Assembly: GCA_902628275.1 (NCBI GenBank)
Contig: CACOMI010000001.1
Coordinates: forward strand, 23,226-87,225
Source: an uncultured Pelagibacteraceae bacterium
Lineage (GTDB): Bacteria > Pseudomonadota > Alphaproteobacteria > Pelagibacterales > Pelagibacteraceae
Length of the DNA: 64,000 nt
Reading direction: 5' to 3'
The position numbers and the translations under genes are program-made. Under the pieces are notes generated by a model that saw nothing but the letters and a program-made list of their open reading frames with translations, had not been told where the DNA came from and searched no databases. Shown piece by piece: positions 10,389-20,470 of this stretch (its first letter is position 1; each line of letters begins with the position of its first letter).

Positions 10389-10930
10389 TTTTCAGAAGGT
10401 ATTTTAAATAAGTTTTCTGAAATCATTCTATTTTTCCTTATAGATGAAAGAAATGTTATATTAAAATTTTGATAAATATCAGTATTCTGCCAACCAACTA
10501 AATTATAATTCTTATTGTCAAAAAAAATATTTATTTGGTTACCTTTTTCTAAAATTGTATAATTAATAAGATTTTTATTAACAACTCTTTCTTTAAGTTC
10601 GTATATTTTTTTTATTAAATATTTTTTATCTAAAATTAAGTCTAAAGGAGTTTTTTCAATTGGGTATCGATAATAACTTGTTCTAGTTTTTATAACTAGA
10701 GACTTTCCATTTGATACTAATACTTTGTTATTACTTCGTGCGTATTTACAAAAAATTTTTTTTGGATATTCAATTGTACAATTTCCATTTTCTATTTTGC
10801 CATTTATATTTTGCTCAAAATTAAAGTCTAGATTTTTAGTATTTTTTAAATTTTGAATTATTTTCTCCTTAACTTCAGCTTTTAAATTTGATGTTGAGAT
10901 TAATAAAATAAAAATTAAAAAACATCTCAT
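10385..10930 (-). CDS. lolA: Outer-membrane lipoprotein carrier protein LolA
   Basis: Signal peptide, FEQ, VSNGK, TPL; directly downstream of ftsK. Confidence 0.8.
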   Translation of the reverse strand: MRCFLIFILLISTSNLKAEVKEKIIQNLKNTKNLDFNFEQNINGKIENGNCTIEYPKKIFCKYARSNNKVLVSNGKSLVIKTRTSYYRYPIEKTPLDLILDKKYLIKKIYELKERVVNKNLINYTILEKGNQINIFFDNKNYNLVGWQNTDIYQNFNITFLSSIRKNRMISENLFKIPSEN

Positions 10931-10932
10931 TA

Positions 10933-13017
10933 TTAAAGAACATCTCTTTTGCCGACGTGGTTCGCCTTACTAACTATTCCATCAGCTTCCATCATATCAA
11001 TAATTCTTGCTGCTCTATTATATCCGATTTGAAGTTTTCGTTGTAGGAATGATGTAGAAGCTTTTCCCTCGGATCTAATTATTTCTACTGCTTGTTGATA
11101 TAAATCGTCCTTATCTCCTAAATTTTGATTATCTCCAATCTCTTTTTCATCTGCAAAATTTAAAATTTCATCCACATAATCAGGTTCTGCTTGTGATCTT
11201 AAAAAGTTATTGATTTTTTCGATTTCATTATCTGAAACAAATGGAGCATGTATCCTAACTATTCTGTTAGCTGATGACATATACAACATATCTCCTTTCC
11301 CTAGAAGTTGTTCAGCACCCTGTTCTCCAAGAATTGTTCTACTATCTATTTTTGATGTAACCTGAAAAGATATTCTTGTTGGAAAATTTGCTTTAATTGT
11401 TCCTGTAATAACATCAACACTAGGTCTTTGTGTTGCCATTATAATATGAATTCCAGCAGCTCTAGCCATTTGAGACAATTTTTGAATGTAATTTTCAATT
11501 TCTTTACCTGCGACTAGCATTAAATCTGACATTTCATCTACTACTACAACTATATAGGGCATAGGAAGTTTATGCTTTGTGTTGTATCCATCAATATTTC
11601 TAACACCTTCTTTGGTCATTAATCTGTATCTATTCTCCATTTCCTTTACTACCCATCCAAGAACAGATGCAGCTTTTTTAGCTTCAGTTATTACAGGACA
11701 TAACAAGTGTGGGATCCCCTCGTATGTAGAGAGTTCAAGCATTTTTGGATCAATTAAAATAAATTTACATTTATCTGGAGTATGACGATAGAGAAGAGAT
11801 ATGATTATGGTATTTATACAAACAGATTTACCTGATCCAGTTGTTCCAGCAATAAGAAGATGAGGCATTGAGGATAAATCTCCAACTATAGGTTTACCAG
11901 AAATACTTTTACCTAATGCTATTGGTAATTTAATTTCTCTTTTTTTAAAATCTGAATTACTTAAAATTTCACTAAGATATACATTTTCTCTTAATGTGTT
12001 TGGTAATTCGATACCTATAGTATTACTACCTGGTATAGTAGCAATTCTTGCAGACTCTGAACTTGTATTTCTAGCTATATCGTCTGATAAATTTATTATT
12101 TTTGAGACTTTGACACCAGCAGCAGGTTCAAATTCGTTTAATGTAACTACAGGTCCATGACTTACTTTTTTAATATTACCGCTCACACCAAAGTCTAATA
12201 ATATTTTCTCTAAAAACTCAGGATCTTGGGCTTCATTTTTATCAATATTTTCCCTTTCTTTTTTAGTTGCACTTTTTAATAAATCTAAACTTGGTAACTT
12301 AAATTTAATTTTAATATCATTTTTGATTTCAGCTTTGATAAAAGGCAGATCTTCTTGAATAAGATTTTTAATCTCTTCTTGTGGAATATATTCATTAATT
12401 ACTTCACTTTTATCTGTATAGTTTCTTTCTTTTTTCTTGTAAAAAATTTGAGAATATTTTTTAATTATTTTATAAAATTTTATTGGGTGAAAGTTTATAC
12501 TTTTTAAAAATAAAATTAAAATTATGATAACTAAAATGTAATAAAATATTTTTTCATTAATTTGTATTAATGAATTTAAAAAAGTTTGGTTTAAATAATT
12601 TCCAACAAAACCACCATTTCCATTTATATAAAGTGTAAATGCTTCAGAGTAAAAATAAGTTAGAAATAAAGTGCCAAATATTGAATAAATAATTGCATAG
12701 AAAATATTTTCAACAATTAAAAAAAATTCTTTTATTTTAAAAATGTTAATACCAGTGATTATTAATGTGAGTGATAACAAATAAGATATTAGGCCCAAAG
12801 ATTGAAAAAATAAATCTGAGACAAAACTACCTTGAAAGCCTAAGATATTCTTAATTTCAACGTTATCTGGAAAAATGAAATTTGGATCGCTAGGTGCATA
12901 AGTTAATAATGCTAAAAATAGTAAAATTCCCGAGCCAATAACAGCAATACCAAATGTTTCCGCAAGTCTTTTAATAGTAAAATTAATTAATAAATCAGCT
13001 ATTTTTTTAATATCCAT
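10933..13017 (-). CDS. ftsK: DNA translocase FtsK
   Basis: 4TM N-terminus, PHLLIAGTTGSGKS, DPKMLEL, ATQRPSVDVITG, gamma domain IGYNRAARI. Confidence 0.97.
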   Translation of the reverse strand: MDIKKIADLLINFTIKRLAETFGIAVIGSGILLFLALLTYAPSDPNFIFPDNVEIKNILGFQGSFVSDLFFQSLGLISYLLSLTLIITGINIFKIKEFFLIVENIFYAIIYSIFGTLFLTYFYSEAFTLYINGNGGFVGNYLNQTFLNSLIQINEKIFYYILVIIILILFLKSINFHPIKFYKIIKKYSQIFYKKKERNYTDKSEVINEYIPQEEIKNLIQEDLPFIKAEIKNDIKIKFKLPSLDLLKSATKKERENIDKNEAQDPEFLEKILLDFGVSGNIKKVSHGPVVTLNEFEPAAGVKVSKIINLSDDIARNTSSESARIATIPGSNTIGIELPNTLRENVYLSEILSNSDFKKREIKLPIALGKSISGKPIVGDLSSMPHLLIAGTTGSGKSVCINTIIISLLYRHTPDKCKFILIDPKMLELSTYEGIPHLLCPVITEAKKAASVLGWVVKEMENRYRLMTKEGVRNIDGYNTKHKLPMPYIVVVVDEMSDLMLVAGKEIENYIQKLSQMARAAGIHIIMATQRPSVDVITGTIKANFPTRISFQVTSKIDSRTILGEQGAEQLLGKGDMLYMSSANRIVRIHAPFVSDNEIEKINNFLRSQAEPDYVDEILNFADEKEIGDNQNLGDKDDLYQQAVEIIRSEGKASTSFLQRKLQIGYNRAARIIDMMEADGIVSKANHVGKRDVL

Positions 13018-13079
13018 TTTTGTGAATCAAATTTACCACTTTGTATCATCTAATTTTTGTTGTTAAAATTAAAAATAAT

Positions 13080-14156
13080 ATGAGAGTTTGTATATTTGGA
13101 TCTGGTTTATCTGCTTTAACTTTAGCAAAAGCTTTAGTAAATCAAAAAATCTTTGTAGAGGTGATTTCTTCCGGTTCAAATCATAAAATTGATCAGTTTA
13201 GAACTATTGGAATATCGAAGAGTAATTATGAATATTTTAATAGAAATATTATCAATATAAAAAAAATTATTTGGAAATTAAAAAAAATTGAAGTTTATAG
13301 TGACAATTTAAAAAACCAAACAATATTAAATTTTGAAAATAGTAATGATCAATTATTTTCTATAATCAAAAATTATAAGTTATATCAAATATTAAATAAA
13401 AGTTTATTAAAAAATAAGTATTATAAAATAATTAAGTCTAATAAAAAAACTATAAAATTTGAAGAGTATAGTCTAATTATAAATACTGATTTTTTAAACT
13501 TTTTAAATAAGAAATTTTTTAACAAAAAAATTCAAAAGTCATATAATAGTTTAGCATACACCACAGAAATAAATCATGAAAAAATTTTAAATGATGTTGC
13601 AATTCAAATATTTACCAAGAAAGGTCCATTGGCTTTTTTACCAATTTCAAATTATAAAACATCAATTGTATATTCTATTCACAATACAAAAAATAAAAAT
13701 CAAGAAAATATTAAAAAATTGATACAAGAGTATAATTTAAAATATAAAATAAAAAGAATAGAAAAAATAAATTGTTTTGATTTAAAATCTTTTAGCTTAA
13801 GGTCCTACTATCATAAAAATATTTTGGCATTTGGTGATTTACTTCATAGAATTCACCCTCTTGCTGGACAAGGTTTTAATATGACAATAAGAGATATTGG
13901 TATTTTGATAAATATTATTAGAGAAAAAATTGATCTCGGTTTACCTGTTGATAATTCTGTGAATTTTGAGTTTGAAAAAAAATTAAAACATAGAAATTAT
14001 ATTTTTTCAAATGGTATAGATCTCATTCATGATTTTTTTAATCTTGAAAGAAAATTTAATAGTAATATTTTAAGTAAATCAGTTAAATTAATAGGAAAAA
14101 ATACATCTATTAATAAAATTTTTACTCAAATTGCAGATAAAGGAATAAATTTTTGA
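13080..14156 (+). CDS. UbiH/UbiL-like FAD-dependent monooxygenase
   Basis: GSGLSA Rossmann motif, GPLAFLP, GDLLHRIHPLAGQGFN; start set at ATG 13080. Confidence 0.82.
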   Translation: MRVCIFGSGLSALTLAKALVNQKIFVEVISSGSNHKIDQFRTIGISKSNYEYFNRNIINIKKIIWKLKKIEVYSDNLKNQTILNFENSNDQLFSIIKNYKLYQILNKSLLKNKYYKIIKSNKKTIKFEEYSLIINTDFLNFLNKKFFNKKIQKSYNSLAYTTEINHEKILNDVAIQIFTKKGPLAFLPISNYKTSIVYSIHNTKNKNQENIKKLIQEYNLKYKIKRIEKINCFDLKSFSLRSYYHKNILAFGDLLHRIHPLAGQGFNMTIRDIGILINIIREKIDLGLPVDNSVNFEFEKKLKHRNYIFSNGIDLIHDFFNLERKFNSNILSKSVKLIGKNTSINKIFTQIADKGINF

Positions 14157-14157
14157 T

Positions 14158-14796
14158 TTATTGAATTGTTGTATTATTAAAATTATCAAAAGTATAGGTA
14201 CTTAAAATTTGAGAAATTTTATTTTTTCTTGAGTTTAAACTCTCTGTTTCTAACAAAATCTGTTTTTCTTCTAAAGTAAAAGGAGAAGCCATTGCTAGAG
14301 CATTTATAATTTCATCTAAACTTTGTTTTTCTAAAGCTTTCCAATTTATAATAAAGCCTCTTTTTTCAAATAAAGATTTCAAATCTTTAAAAACAAGCTC
14401 AAGATCGGAAAAATTTAGATCCTCTTTTTTATTACTTAAATCGTCATTAAATCTATTGTAATCAACTGTTAAACTTCTGTATTTTTTTTCTGACCTTAAT
14501 TCTTTTATAACTTCAAATCTCATTAATCCTTTTAATTCAATCAGGTAACGCTTATCATCTGTTTCTCTAAAACTTGTAATTTTTCCTAAACAACCAACCC
14601 TATGTAATTGAGGTACTTTTGTTGTATTACTGATTGATTTTGGTTGTATCATGCCAATCAATTTATTTGATTTCATGCTATCATCGATCATATCTATGTA
14701 ACGCGGCTCAAATATATTTAAAGGCACTGTAGTTTTGGGAAATATAATAAAATTACTTAGAGGGAAAACGGGTATATTTTTTGGAAAATTTTCCAT
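14158..14796 (-). CDS. LON substrate-binding-domain protein (Lon N-domain only)
   Basis: PVFPL, PLNIFEPRY, VGCLGKI, EKQILLE; no ATPase or protease domain. Confidence 0.9.
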   Translation of the reverse strand: MENFPKNIPVFPLSNFIIFPKTTVPLNIFEPRYIDMIDDSMKSNKLIGMIQPKSISNTTKVPQLHRVGCLGKITSFRETDDKRYLIELKGLMRFEVIKELRSEKKYRSLTVDYNRFNDDLSNKKEDLNFSDLELVFKDLKSLFEKRGFIINWKALEKQSLDEIINALAMASPFTLEEKQILLETESLNSRKNKISQILSTYTFDNFNNTTIQ

Positions 14797-14844
14797 TAAT
14801 TATTATTAACAAAAAATTTATTATTCATCTATAGTTAATATAAT

Positions 14845-15702
14845 ATGATTATTTGGATTGCGTCATATCCTAAAAGTGGAAATACATGGTTGAGAGCTTT
14901 AATAAGTACTTATTATTATTCCAAAGATGGGATTTTTGATCAAAGATTTTTAAAGGAAATAGATCAATTTCCAACTAAAAAATATCTTGAAGAATTTAAT
15001 TTTGATAAAAATATTCCAGGTGATACTTGTAGATACTGGGTTAAAGCTCAGGAAAAAATAAATGTAAATAAAAAGTTAAAATTTTTTAAAACTCACAATG
15101 TTTTTGGTAAACTAAATAATTATGATTTTACAAATTCTCAAAATTCAATTGGTTGTATTTACGTAGTTAGGGATCCAAGAAATGTAATTACCTCTCTAAA
15201 AAATCATTATCAACTAAATGACGAACAAGCGTTTAAATGGATGACTAATGAAAAAAATTTTATTTATAATACCCAAGAATTTGAAGATTTAGGATATAGT
15301 GATTTTCAATTCATAAGTTCATGGAGTACAAATTATAAGTCTTGGAAAGTTCAAAAAAAAATACCAATAAAAATTATTAAATATGAGGATCTATTAAATC
15401 AAACTTATGCTGTTTTCTTAGATATTATTAAATACATTAATAAAATTATTAATAATAAGGAAAAAATAGATAAAATTAAAATGAAAAAGACATTAAGTTC
15501 AACATCTTTTGAAAATTTGAAAAAAAATGAGATTGAGAATGGTTTTAATGAAGCTGTCCCTATAAGAGGAGATAAATCTAAAAAAGTTTCTTTTTTTCAT
15601 TTGGGCCCTAAAAATGATTGGAAGAAACTTTTGGATAAAAATTTAAAAATAAAAATTGAAAAAATTTTTGAATCAAATTTAAATGAACTTTCTTATCATT
15701 AA
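14845..15702 (+). CDS. PAPS-dependent sulfotransferase, second paralog
   Basis: ASYPKSGNTW, KTH, VRDPRNVITS, KYEDL. Confidence 0.88.
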   Translation: MIIWIASYPKSGNTWLRALISTYYYSKDGIFDQRFLKEIDQFPTKKYLEEFNFDKNIPGDTCRYWVKAQEKINVNKKLKFFKTHNVFGKLNNYDFTNSQNSIGCIYVVRDPRNVITSLKNHYQLNDEQAFKWMTNEKNFIYNTQEFEDLGYSDFQFISSWSTNYKSWKVQKKIPIKIIKYEDLLNQTYAVFLDIIKYINKIINNKEKIDKIKMKKTLSSTSFENLKKNEIENGFNEAVPIRGDKSKKVSFFHLGPKNDWKKLLDKNLKIKIEKIFESNLNELSYH

Positions 15703-15765
15703 ATTTCATATATTTGTTCTTGATAAATAATAAAAAAGCTACTATTTTTAATAATAATTTAAGAT

Positions 15766-15840
15766 GCGGGCATAGCTCAGTGGTAGAGCGTCTCGTTGCC
15801 AACGAGAAGGTCGAGGGTTCGACCCCCTTTGCCCGCTCCA
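15766..15840 (+). tRNA. tRNA-Gly (GCC)
   Basis: GCGGGCA acceptor stem paired with TGCCCGC, D-arm AGCTCAGTGGTAGAGC, anticodon arm TCTCG-TTGCCAA-CGAGA, GGTTCGA T-loop, encoded CCA. Confidence 0.97.
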
Positions 15841-15855
15841 TTTAGGAGAAAGTTT

Positions 15856-16200
15856 ATGAGTGATTTAGCAGATAAAAAATGTGTACCTTGTGAGGGAAAT
15901 ATTCCACCATTTAATGCAGATGAAATTCACAAATATCTAAAAAAAATTGATGGTTGGGAAGTTTTAGAGGATAAAATTGACGGTTTTCATTTAATAAAAA
16001 ATTATAAATTTGATAATTTTTTACAAAGTCAAGAATTTGTTAATAAAGTTGGACAAATAGCCGAGATTGAAGGTCATCATCCTGATTTATGGTTTGGATG
16101 GGGTTATGCTAGAGTAAAAATATTCACTCACGCAATAAAAGGTTTAGCAGAAAGTGATTTCATTCTTGCTGCAAAAATAGACCAATTACCTAATGTTTAA
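15856..16200 (+). CDS. phhB: Pterin-4-alpha-carbinolamine dehydratase
   Basis: CVPCEG, AEIEGHHPD, THAIKGLAESDFILAAKID; SD AGGAG before ATG 15856. Confidence 0.9.
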   Translation: MSDLADKKCVPCEGNIPPFNADEIHKYLKKIDGWEVLEDKIDGFHLIKNYKFDNFLQSQEFVNKVGQIAEIEGHHPDLWFGWGYARVKIFTHAIKGLAESDFILAAKIDQLPNV

Positions 16201-17728
16201 AATGTCGAGTTCTTGAAAAAAGTAATACCGTATCAGTTTCATTTGCAAAATTAATAATCTCTTTATCTTTTATTGAACCAGATGGTTGGACAATTGCTCT
16301 AACTCCAGATTGCACTAATTTTTCAATACCATCAACAAAAGGAAAAAATGCGTCTGAGGCAGCTACTAAACCATCAGTTCTTGGTTTAAATTTTTTCATT
16401 TTATTTATTGCTATTTGGCAACTATCCAATCTACTAGTCTGGCCAGAGCCAATACCCACTGTTGTTTCATTAGAGGCTAATACTATGGCATTTGATTTTA
16501 CGTATCTACAAACATTAAAAGCAAAAATAAGATCTTTAAGTTGTTTTGATGTTGGTTTGCGTTTTGAGACAACTTTAAAATTTTTTCTTGTAAACACATT
16601 AAAATCTTCTGATTGTATCAATATATCTTGTTTAAACGATACAAATTTAAGAAATTCTTTCAATTTATAATTTGTTCCGTCAATTAATCTTAAGTTTTTT
16701 TTGGTTTTTAATATTTCTATCGCTTTATTATCAAATCCATTTGCAATTATAACTTCTAAAAATAATTCATTTAACTCAAAAGCTAAATTCTTATTAATTT
16801 TAAAATTACAAGACACTATTCCACCAAAAGCACTTAGAGGGTCACAAGAAAGAGCAGATTTATAACTCTCTAGATGATCTTTTTTAGCAGAAACTCCACA
16901 AGGGTTTGTATGTTTAACAATGACTGTTCCTTTGCCTTTTGGCAAAGATCTTGAAATAGTTAGAGCACAAAATATGTCATTATAATTGTTATAACTTAGT
17001 TGTTTCCCATGAATTTGTTTTAAACTAGAATTTAAACTACTAGAATAAATTGCACTTTGTTGATGAGGATTTTCTCCGTATCTAAGCTGCTCTATTAGAT
17101 TTCCATGAAAAACTTTTTTACTAGGAAAAATAGTATTTGTTTTTTTGTTAAAATAATTTGAAATTACTGAGTCATAATAAGCCGTTTCGCTAAACGCTAT
17201 TCTTGATAGTTTTTCTCTAAAATTTAAAGAAGTAGATCCTTTGAATTTTTTTAGTTCTTGCATTAGTTTATTATACTGGTTTGGAGATGTTATTACAGTT
17301 ACATCATTATAGTTTTTAGCTGCAGATCTAACTAGTGTGGGACCACCCACATCTATATTTTCTATAATTTTTTTATGATTTTTTGTTTTGTTAAGAGTGT
17401 TCTCAAATGGATAAAAATTAACTACGACTAAATCAATATTTTCAAAATTATTATCTTTAAGATCTTTTAAGTGAGATTTTTTTTCTCTTTTATTTAAAAT
17501 TCCAGCATGGATTTTTGGATGAAGAGTTTTTAATCTACCCTCCAAAATCTCAGGGAAATTGGTAAAATTAGATACTTCTAAACAATTAAATTTTAATCTT
17601 TTAATCTCTTTATAAGTACCTCCCGAGCTAATTATTTTAATTTTGTTCTTTTTTAAAATATTTAATAATGGTTTCAAGTTATTTTTATCAGATACAGAGA
17701 TGAGAGCTGTTTTAATTTTTTTCTTCAT
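16190..17728 (-). CDS. purH: Bifunctional AICAR transformylase/IMP cyclohydrolase
   Basis: ALISVSDK, KTLHP, LRYGENPHQ, KSNAIV, SDAFFPF, RHFKH. Confidence 0.97.
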   Translation of the reverse strand: MKKKIKTALISVSDKNNLKPLLNILKKNKIKIISSGGTYKEIKRLKFNCLEVSNFTNFPEILEGRLKTLHPKIHAGILNKREKKSHLKDLKDNNFENIDLVVVNFYPFENTLNKTKNHKKIIENIDVGGPTLVRSAAKNYNDVTVITSPNQYNKLMQELKKFKGSTSLNFREKLSRIAFSETAYYDSVISNYFNKKTNTIFPSKKVFHGNLIEQLRYGENPHQQSAIYSSSLNSSLKQIHGKQLSYNNYNDIFCALTISRSLPKGKGTVIVKHTNPCGVSAKKDHLESYKSALSCDPLSAFGGIVSCNFKINKNLAFELNELFLEVIIANGFDNKAIEILKTKKNLRLIDGTNYKLKEFLKFVSFKQDILIQSEDFNVFTRKNFKVVSKRKPTSKQLKDLIFAFNVCRYVKSNAIVLASNETTVGIGSGQTSRLDSCQIAINKMKKFKPRTDGLVAASDAFFPFVDGIEKLVQSGVRAIVQPSGSIKDKEIINFANETDTVLLFSRTRHFKH

Positions 17729-19353
17729 TATAATTTACTTATTTCCCATTTTATTATCTGTTCTTTTTCATTATTCATACCTTGGATAAAAATATTTTGG
17801 TTTTCTTTATGTGAATTTTTATTACCGAAATATAAACCATTATCAATATTAATATCAAAGTTATCACAACTAAATTTCCAACCTTCCTCATCTAATTGAA
17901 TTAGTATAGATTTGTTATCTTGTGTTTTCATTACTTTTGAGTTTGGATTAAGATGAAATCTAATATCAAATTTAATTTTTTTACTTGAACTTTTTCTAAA
18001 TAATTTATCATAGCCAATAAATTTCATTTGTTCTGGGTAGAACTCAATTTCTCTCTCATAAATAGCTCCAAACTTAATTAAATATCCATCATGTGTACCT
18101 GATATTTTCCAATAATCATTTTCAAATAGTACATTTTTTTTTGATACTTTCAGTCCTTTATCAATAATCAAATTTTTTTGATACTTAATAAAAGTACAAG
18201 AAGAATAATCCTCAATGGTTAAACCATTGTGTAAAGATGTGCTTCTTGATAATTTATTAAATTTATTAATTTTATCTGAATAGTAACCAGCATTAGAAAT
18301 TAATTTTTTATCATTAGAAAATATTTCAAATGATAAAGCACCTGCTTGGTAGTCGTTGGAAAAAGTTTTGTTAGGACTAGAACCTATATCGGCAGCGAGA
18401 ATTATTTTTTTATTTTTAAGAATAGCATATCCACCAAGTTCATTGATTTGATTTTTAAAAGTATAACCAAACCTTTTTAAATATTGATCAAATTCTTTAT
18501 TTTTAGAAGAAAAATTACCATTAAAAAAAAGATCGTGCTGTATATTTTGCCAAATGAAAGCATAACTTGATCCTAAATAATAAATAGTCTCATCAATATA
18601 TTCAGGAATTAAACTCTGAGATTCTTTAAACCATTCTCTAATAATTATAAAGTATTTTAAATAAAATATAAGTTGTCGAATATTTCTTGATTTTGGAAAG
18701 CCTTGATTATCAATTGAGGATTTAATGATATTTTTTAATAAATTCAATCCATTTACAAGATATTGTTTTTCATTTTTATAAGCTAATCCAGTTAAAATGA
18801 TTGCAGCGCACCCAATCATCTTATTTTCTACTTCTTTTGAGTTTTTGATTTCATTTAACAAATGATTAGTTTGTTTTTGTATCATATGATCAAAAGTAGA
18901 TCTGTATTCTTGATCACTATCTTCATAAGTAAGTTGATGATTTGATAACCATGAAATAATTCTCCTTGCTGTTAAATCAAATTCCCAACTTTTTTTTTGA
19001 AATTTAATATTATTTGAAATCCAATTTTTAATAACTGTTTGTGTAGTTTTTTTTGAAGATTTTAAATCTAAGCTAAAAAACCAAAAAAAATTATTTAATT
19101 TTTCATAATCTTTTGAGCTTAAATTATTTTTCCAAATGGATTCAATAGCAAAGTCATCAATTTTATATTTTTTATTTTGGTATTTAATTATAGAAGAAAG
19201 TATGTGAGGACTTGGTTTATATTTAAAACCATTATCAAATGTTTTTGATATTTTTTTTTCGTAAAAATTTGAATTTTTATAAATTGATTTTAAATTTTCT
19301 TTAATATTAAAATAAAATTGACCTAAAATGCCTAAGGAATTTGTATTAATCAT
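17728..19353 (-). CDS. Heparinase II/III family protein
   Basis: ARRIISWL, AGALSFE, RSTSLHN, HDGY, IRFHL; conserved rpe-heparinase-purH context of alphaproteobacteria. Confidence 0.75.
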   Translation of the reverse strand: MINTNSLGILGQFYFNIKENLKSIYKNSNFYEKKISKTFDNGFKYKPSPHILSSIIKYQNKKYKIDDFAIESIWKNNLSSKDYEKLNNFFWFFSLDLKSSKKTTQTVIKNWISNNIKFQKKSWEFDLTARRIISWLSNHQLTYEDSDQEYRSTFDHMIQKQTNHLLNEIKNSKEVENKMIGCAAIILTGLAYKNEKQYLVNGLNLLKNIIKSSIDNQGFPKSRNIRQLIFYLKYFIIIREWFKESQSLIPEYIDETIYYLGSSYAFIWQNIQHDLFFNGNFSSKNKEFDQYLKRFGYTFKNQINELGGYAILKNKKIILAADIGSSPNKTFSNDYQAGALSFEIFSNDKKLISNAGYYSDKINKFNKLSRSTSLHNGLTIEDYSSCTFIKYQKNLIIDKGLKVSKKNVLFENDYWKISGTHDGYLIKFGAIYEREIEFYPEQMKFIGYDKLFRKSSSKKIKFDIRFHLNPNSKVMKTQDNKSILIQLDEEGWKFSCDNFDINIDNGLYFGNKNSHKENQNIFIQGMNNEKEQIIKWEISKL

Positions 19354-19357
19354 TAAC

Positions 19358-20017
19358 TTATTTTAATTTTAATAAATTAATATTTTTCTTAATATCTCCA
19401 TCATTACTTTTGAACACAGTAGTACCAGAAACGAGAATGTTAGCACCAGCATCAATTACTTTTTTGCAATTATCAAAATTTATTCCTCCATCAATTTCTA
19501 TGTCAAAATCTAAGTTTTTTTGTTCTCTTATTTTTTTTAGATCTTTAATTTTATCCAAAACTTCTGGCATAAATTTTTGACCTCCAAACCCAGGATTTAC
19601 ACTCATAATTAAAACTAAATCAATTTGATCTAATCGATGTAATATTAAATCAATTTTAGATTCTGGATTAAGTGAAACTCCTACTTTTTTATTTTTTTCT
19701 TTTATTTTTTTTATTGAATTTTCTAAATTATCAGTAGCTTCAGGGTGAATAGTAATTATATCTGCTCCAGCATTAGCGTAAGCATCTATATATTTATGGA
19801 CTGGTGATATCATTAAATGAACATCAAATTTTAATGAACTATGTTTTCTAAGAGCTTTAATTACAGGTGGTCCTATTGTTAAATTAGGAACAAAATGACC
19901 ATCCATAACATCCACATGAATCATATCAGCCCCACCTTCCTCAAGCCTTTTTATTTCTTTTCCTAACTGACTAAAATCAGCAGATAAAATTGATGGTGAA
20001 ATTTGTATATTTTTCAT
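19358..20017 (-). CDS. rpe: Ribulose-phosphate 3-epimerase
   Basis: SPSILSADF, HVDVMDGHFVPN, MSVNPGFGGQ, DGG. Confidence 0.97.
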   Translation of the reverse strand: MKNIQISPSILSADFSQLGKEIKRLEEGGADMIHVDVMDGHFVPNLTIGPPVIKALRKHSSLKFDVHLMISPVHKYIDAYANAGADIITIHPEATDNLENSIKKIKEKNKKVGVSLNPESKIDLILHRLDQIDLVLIMSVNPGFGGQKFMPEVLDKIKDLKKIREQKNLDFDIEIDGGINFDNCKKVIDAGANILVSGTTVFKSNDGDIKKNINLLKLK

Positions 20018-20051
20018 TGATTAGTTGATTAACTAGTATCAATTTTAAAAA

Positions 20052-20402
20052 TTAAAATGAATTAAAAAATTGGTAAATTTGTCTAGAAATTTCGCTTTCT
20101 AGAGGAAATGACAACATTCCCATCACTGAATAGCCTAAGATCCAAGGCATTAGATAAAATCTAATCATGTAGAAAAACCAAGCAACATACAAAGGCACTA
20201 ATGGTCCTATGATAAATGAAGGTGTGATTGGTTTAAATAATTTAATTAAAGGGTTGGTATATTTTACAAATACTCTCATGAAAAAAAACTGTGAGTCTTC
20301 TCTTTGAAAAATATTCATCGCTACTCTACCAATAAGAGTCCACATTATAATCCCAAGTAAATAATCGATAAAATATATTAAAGGATGGAAATTTGCCGAC
20401 AT
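20052..20402 (-). CDS. Small membrane protein, YggT-like
   Basis: Two hydrophobic helices flanking a YTNPLI-type motif. Confidence 0.55.
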   Translation of the reverse strand: MSANFHPLIYFIDYLLGIIMWTLIGRVAMNIFQREDSQFFFMRVFVKYTNPLIKLFKPITPSFIIGPLVPLYVAWFFYMIRFYLMPWILGYSVMGMLSFPLESEISRQIYQFFNSF

Positions 20403-20431
20403 TTAAAATTTATATTGGAAAATGTATTGAA

Positions 20432-20460
20432 ATAAAAGGGGCGAAATTAATCGCCCCTTT
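20432..20460 (-). terminator. Rho-independent terminator after the symporter gene
   Basis: GGGGCGA-ttaatt-TCGCCCC stem followed by TTTTATT on the minus strand, about 10 nt after the stop. Confidence 0.85.
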
Positions 20461-20470
20461 AAAAGATTAT

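Noticed and set aside
15608-15841. 77-aa minus-strand ORF, and the 20-aa N-terminal extension of the ORF at 15796
   Set aside because: Both are read through tRNA-Gly; the real dehydratase start is ATG 15856, which has an SD
15766-16200. tRNA-Gly as an integration site for an island or prophage
   Set aside because: No integrase and no duplicated tRNA 3' end seen in the window; flanking genes are housekeeping
17728-19353. Heparinase-like gene as a novel polysaccharide-degradation locus
   Set aside because: No signal peptide or CAZyme neighbours; rpe-heparinase-purH is a conserved alphaproteobacterial arrangement
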